From NCBI GenBank assembly GCA_048882385.1, contig JBHLRQ010000029.1, positions 1-31,814 of the forward strand: a stretch of 31,814 nucleotides of DNA, read 5' to 3'. The stretch comes from Candidatus Thorarchaeota archaeon (lineage in GTDB: Archaea; Asgardarchaeota; Thorarchaeia; Thorarchaeales; Thorarchaeaceae). Below the pieces are notes generated by a model, which saw nothing but the letters and a program-made list of their open reading frames with translations, had not been told where the DNA came from and searched no databases. Made by a program: the position numbers and the translations under genes. Positions 27,991 through 31,814 of the stretch are shown in pieces (within the stretch, counting starts at the first letter, position 1; every line of letters starts with the position of its first letter).

Positions 27991-28171
27991 TCAGATATTG
28001 AAATCATTAATACATTAGTGCATTCCATAGCGGCAAAATTGAATGTTAATTATCCCAATTATACCCCTCATGAAAGCGACATTAACACTGAAATCCTGTT
28101 GATATAGAGGATTACAAGCCCTAGTAATTTTTGAAAAAAGAGTTAAAATCAAGGACCCCCCAGCACTTGGC

Positions 28172-29443
28172 ATGAAAGATGTGTGGTTGGTTGATTATGT
28201 TCGTACTCCTTTCTCTCGTTCACGTCCCAATAAACCTGAAACCGACGTGTTCGGCGAGATCCGGGGTGATGAGCTCCTAGCCCGTCTGCTCATGAAATTC
28301 TTCGACGGTTCATTGGCAGAGAAGGGAATTGAGAAGAAGGACATCGATGAGGTCACAGTCGGTGTGGCTTCAGGAGTCCTTGAAAACTGGACATACGGAG
28401 GAAAGATACCCACTTTTCTCTCTGGGTTTCCATATGAAGTGCCCTCTGTCTTCGTAGACCGTCAATGTGGGTCCGCAGGCACAGGAATGCATATTGGAAT
28501 CATGGAGATAATGACAGGATTTAGTACGACTGTGCTGTCAACAGGTTTTGAACATATGACCCGAGTGAGGGGAACAGGAGTAGATCCTAACTTCTCCATG
28601 GGCGACAAAAACTCTGAGTTTTACAGAGCTGGCTTTGATATTCCTACTGTGTTCAACATGTTGCAGACTGCCCAGAAACTATACGAAGAAGAAGTTCCTA
28701 CTTTTACAAAGGAGGATATGGACAAATTCGGTGTTCGCAGTCATAACTTGACCATCAAAAATCAGGAGAGCGGATGGTTCAAAGGAGAAATCATACCAAT
28801 GCAAGGACATGCACCTGGTAATATTGATGAACCCATGTTAATTGATAGGGACATGAGTGCTCGACCCTCAACACTTGAGAAGGTTGCAACTCTTCCAAGA
28901 GTATCAACACCATTCTATCTCGAGAAGAATGGAGGAAAAGAGGGATATATCAAACGAGAGGGGACAGATGAGGGTGTAATTACTCCGGGAAATGCTTCTC
29001 CGCTCAATGCGGGAGCTACTGCTGCGGTTCTAATGGAGGCAAAGGAGGCTGAAAAAAGGGGCATAGAACCCTTGGCACGGATTGTTTCCATGGGATGGGC
29101 AGGAGTTGACCCCACTGTCATGGGTCGTGGACCTGTACCAGCTACTATCAAAGCTCTCAAGTATGCTGGACTAAGCGCAGAAGAAATTGACTTCTGGGAG
29201 ATCAATGAGGCATTTTGCATTGTGGCACTCAACTGTATGGACAAACTGAAAATTCCAGAGGAGAAAGTGAATGTCATGGGTGGTTCAACTGCGATTGGAC
29301 ATCCTCTGGGTTCGACAATGATCAGGTTGACCGGGACACTGGCAAGAATCCTCAAAGATAAGAAAGGAAAGTATGGAGTCGCCAATGCCTGTGTAGGTGG
29401 CGGACAAGGAGTCGCAACAATCATCGAAAACTTAGACGCATGA
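28172..29443 (+). CDS. Acetyl-CoA C-acyltransferase (thiolase)
   Basis: RTPF, DRQCGS, EINEAF, GHPLG, CVGGGQG. Confidence 0.95.
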   Translation: MKDVWLVDYVRTPFSRSRPNKPETDVFGEIRGDELLARLLMKFFDGSLAEKGIEKKDIDEVTVGVASGVLENWTYGGKIPTFLSGFPYEVPSVFVDRQCGSAGTGMHIGIMEIMTGFSTTVLSTGFEHMTRVRGTGVDPNFSMGDKNSEFYRAGFDIPTVFNMLQTAQKLYEEEVPTFTKEDMDKFGVRSHNLTIKNQESGWFKGEIIPMQGHAPGNIDEPMLIDRDMSARPSTLEKVATLPRVSTPFYLEKNGGKEGYIKREGTDEGVITPGNASPLNAGATAAVLMEAKEAEKRGIEPLARIVSMGWAGVDPTVMGRGPVPATIKALKYAGLSAEEIDFWEINEAFCIVALNCMDKLKIPEEKVNVMGGSTAIGHPLGSTMIRLTGTLARILKDKKGKYGVANACVGGGQGVATIIENLDA

Positions 29444-29600
29444 GATGCTCCTCAATCATTACAGAAACAAGATGACACCGAGGATGAAATTAGGAGAAAT
29501 AAGACTTCGACCTTCATCAATATCATACTCATATTGCGTAGAATATAACGATTAAAGACCAAGAACTTGCTGCACACTTTATTAACTTGGAGAGATTGCG

Positions 29601-30485
29601 ATGAAATTCTACAAATTAGGAGAATTTCAAGAAAATGTGCTTGAAAGAAAGGTAGAGATCATTCCTAAGGAAATGTTCCCTCGATTTGTCTTGAACAGAT
29701 TGAACTATCTTATTGGCTTCATTCGTGAAAAGTCACCAGATAATGTGGATCAATTTGTAAGAAGTCTTGAAAAGCGATATCAGAAATTAGTCAGAATCAA
29801 TCATGTTTCAAAGAAAGACATCAATTTGAGAGAATTAATTGCTGACAAAGACAATCTGTCAAATCTTCTACCTCTTGTTGAAGCCGCATTGAATTACTAC
29901 ATTCAAGTACTTGTCCTACCGAAAGAAAGTAATTGGGATGGGTCTGTTGAAGTTGTAAACCGGAACTATCACCAAGCATTTCTTCACCCTCGATACTACA
30001 ATCTCCTGACACTTATTGAAACACTGAATCGTGAAGATGCAATTAGTTTGTGGAAACGTTTCTTTACTCAGTATATCATTGACAACGACAGACCCCCTCG
30101 TGAAACACCTTTCGTGGACCTTGAAACCCTCCTTGCAAATCGCATAGCAGCAATTGATAAAGACAATCCCTCAGAGTGGGTAGTCATCCATGGTATGATT
30201 GCAGACGGAAAATATGCTTTTAGAAATGATAACTGCTACTGGGTTGACTCACTTGATGATCTCCCAGATTCTGAAATCAAATACTATGTTTGTTGCTATG
30301 GTGATTATGAAGGAGCCAAAGACCATCATGAGAGTATAGTCTTGACTATGGAACATACTATTGCTCAAGGCGACCCATATTGTTCTCGTGTAATGCATGA
30401 TACACGAGTCGACTATGATTTGCGGCATCCTCCAAAGGAATTTTGGGATAATATGTGGCCTGGTAAATCAAAAGATAATAGCTGA
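29601..30485 (+). CDS. ATC-hydrolase-like (L-2-amino-thiazoline-4-carboxylate hydrolase family) protein
   Basis: C-terminal NCYW..CCYGDY..LTMEHTIAQGDPYC Cys pattern. Confidence 0.65.
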   Translation: MKFYKLGEFQENVLERKVEIIPKEMFPRFVLNRLNYLIGFIREKSPDNVDQFVRSLEKRYQKLVRINHVSKKDINLRELIADKDNLSNLLPLVEAALNYYIQVLVLPKESNWDGSVEVVNRNYHQAFLHPRYYNLLTLIETLNREDAISLWKRFFTQYIIDNDRPPRETPFVDLETLLANRIAAIDKDNPSEWVVIHGMIADGKYAFRNDNCYWVDSLDDLPDSEIKYYVCCYGDYEGAKDHHESIVLTMEHTIAQGDPYCSRVMHDTRVDYDLRHPPKEFWDNMWPGKSKDNS

Positions 30486-30529
30486 CTGATTATGTATTCT
30501 CATTATTCCTGACTTGGTTTAGGTTGGTT

Positions 30530-31027
30530 TTACTTATCTGGAACTGGTGAATGATATCCGATTTTTTTGAGAGCCTCACATAGATATTTACTCGAATCAA
30601 GTGATCCTGATTGTTTCCAGCGCTTTGCCAACTTTGCTTGAATAGGTTCAATCTTTTCCCACCATGCCAATGCAAGTACCGCCAATGCTTCAGGAATCAG
30701 TTCAACATCGGTAATCTTTTCCTCGAGTAGTTTTCCCATTGAGTCGAAGAAAGAGCTAACGTAAATGAACTGTGCCCAGTTTTTGGGGTTAGTTGTTGGT
30801 CCGTATTTAGCTAGAAACTCTTCATAGTCGCTCCAGTTCCACTTCCCAAGCACTTCATCGGTGGTTTCAATGAACTCTTGGTCAGCCTGTTTGTGAAACT
30901 CCAAGAATATGGATGCTCGTCTTGATTTTGTATAGTTTCTCAGAGAGAGAACGCTCATAATCACTCCAATAACTACACTCACTGCTGCAACAATTATCGA
31001 AATTGTCTGGAGATCTAGTTCCTGCAT
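30530..31027 (-). CDS. Membrane-anchored hypothetical protein (DUF4760-like)
   Basis: N-terminal TM helix; FFDSMGKLL..WWEKI.P pattern. Confidence 0.6.
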   Translation of the reverse strand: MQELDLQTISIIVAAVSVVIGVIMSVLSLRNYTKSRRASIFLEFHKQADQEFIETTDEVLGKWNWSDYEEFLAKYGPTTNPKNWAQFIYVSSFFDSMGKLLEEKITDVELIPEALAVLALAWWEKIEPIQAKLAKRWKQSGSLDSSKYLCEALKKIGYHSPVPDK

Positions 31028-31139
31028 GGTTACAACCCAGAATCGAATTGGTATCCTGATTAGGAGGAATTCCCCTATAAAAGACCTCTTTCTTGATTAT
31101 GCCTTTTGAACTCGTAGAAATCAAAGTAATAAAGAGAAA

Positions 31140-31258
31140 TGGCGCCGAGGATGAGATTCGAACTCATGCATCCGAAGATACTGGTTTGCCTGGTCTAGGA
31201 GTGCATAACACTCCGATTTTCAAGACCAGCGCCGTAATCCGGGCTTGGCTACCTCGGC
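31140..31258 (-). tRNA. tRNA-Ser(TGA) with 32-nt intron (31187-31218) and encoded CCA
   Basis: GCCGAGG/CCTCGGC acceptor, CTGGT-CTTGAA..A-ACCAG, variable arm ATC-TTCG-GAT, G73, BHB helix CTTG/CAGG. Confidence 0.93.
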
Positions 31259-31329
31259 TTAGGATTTCCACCGTTGGAAATGCCTTTTAAGCTTCTTGTC
31301 GTGGTTGCCTGAGAAGGTGAACCAAACCC

Positions 31330-31761
31330 TTGGAACGTGGTTTCAAATTTCATGATCATACAGCTGATATCACAATTGAGTGCTGGGCTCCAGATTTGAT
31401 TGATGCTTTCGAACAGGCAGCTCTTGCCACATTCGAAGTCATCCTAGATACTTCTACAGTGGAACCGCAAGAAACTGTCAAAATTTCCATCACTGCTATT
31501 GACCTCGAGGAGCTCCTAGTAGAGTGGATTGGTCAGCTGATTGCATTGATTGATATCAAGGGTCAGTTCTATTCTATTTTTCATGTTGAACACATTGAGG
31601 CTATACTTGATGGTTATATTCTTGAAGCCAGAGTTCTTGGTGAAGCAATTGATCACAGAAAACATGATACACGAACAGAGGTCAAAGCCATGACATACGC
31701 TGACCTGAGAATTCTTCAAGAACCTAACCGGACGACCATGTGGTTCACCCTTGACCTCTAG
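31330..31761 (+). CDS. Archease
   Basis: DHTADI, EVKAMTY, C-terminal LDL. Confidence 0.95.
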   Translation: MERGFKFHDHTADITIECWAPDLIDAFEQAALATFEVILDTSTVEPQETVKISITAIDLEELLVEWIGQLIALIDIKGQFYSIFHVEHIEAILDGYILEARVLGEAIDHRKHDTRTEVKAMTYADLRILQEPNRTTMWFTLDL

Positions 31762-31773
31762 GAGGGAAAATAA

Positions 31774-31814
31774 TTGACTCTGAGAGTTGCGATTCCTGAC
31801 ACTGCTTTGACTGA
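31774..31814 (+). CDS. Start of a gene, possibly a SPOUT RNA methyltransferase (COG2106-like); 3'-truncated
   Basis: GGAGG, then TTG: MTLRVAIPDTALT, resembling the VAIPDS N-terminus of that family; only 13 codons visible. Confidence 0.45.
   Translation, partial: MTLRVAIPDTALT

Noticed and set aside
1-31814. CRISPR array, transposase or integrase
   Set aside because: No regularly spaced repeats or recombinase motifs seen; most remaining short ORFs in the track are shadows of real genes.

Overview
Archaeal chromosomal window, probably Asgard (Thorarchaeota-like; inferred from gene style, a stand-alone 5S rRNA and lineage-type hypotheticals, not proven). It is dominated by RNA-processing and translation genes: TtuA/Ncs6-like thiolase, pelota, DnaG, two tandem MetAP2, Nop5-fibrillarin, RNase HII, S30e, Elp3, archease, a 5S rRNA and two intron-containing tRNAs (Trp-CCA, Ser-TGA), plus pyrD/pyrK, thiolase and nitroreductase. 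The most interesting unannotated signal is the 6.65-7.45 kb intergenic region. It holds a ~295-nt RNA made of three repeated modules (closing helix, hairpin with K-turn, ACA), which fits a three-hairpin H/ACA-like guide RNA. Upstream lies a candidate long box C/D RNA, and both point away from a dnaG gene that seems to start at a non-AUG (ATA) codon. Also notable: a degenerate tRNA-Trp copy with TCA at the anticodon position bracketing a small-ORF islet, a Lon-like ATPase with no protease domain, a frameshifted Zn-ribbon microgene, and a structured small-ORF locus after elp3. All RNA folds were read by eye and need computational confirmation.
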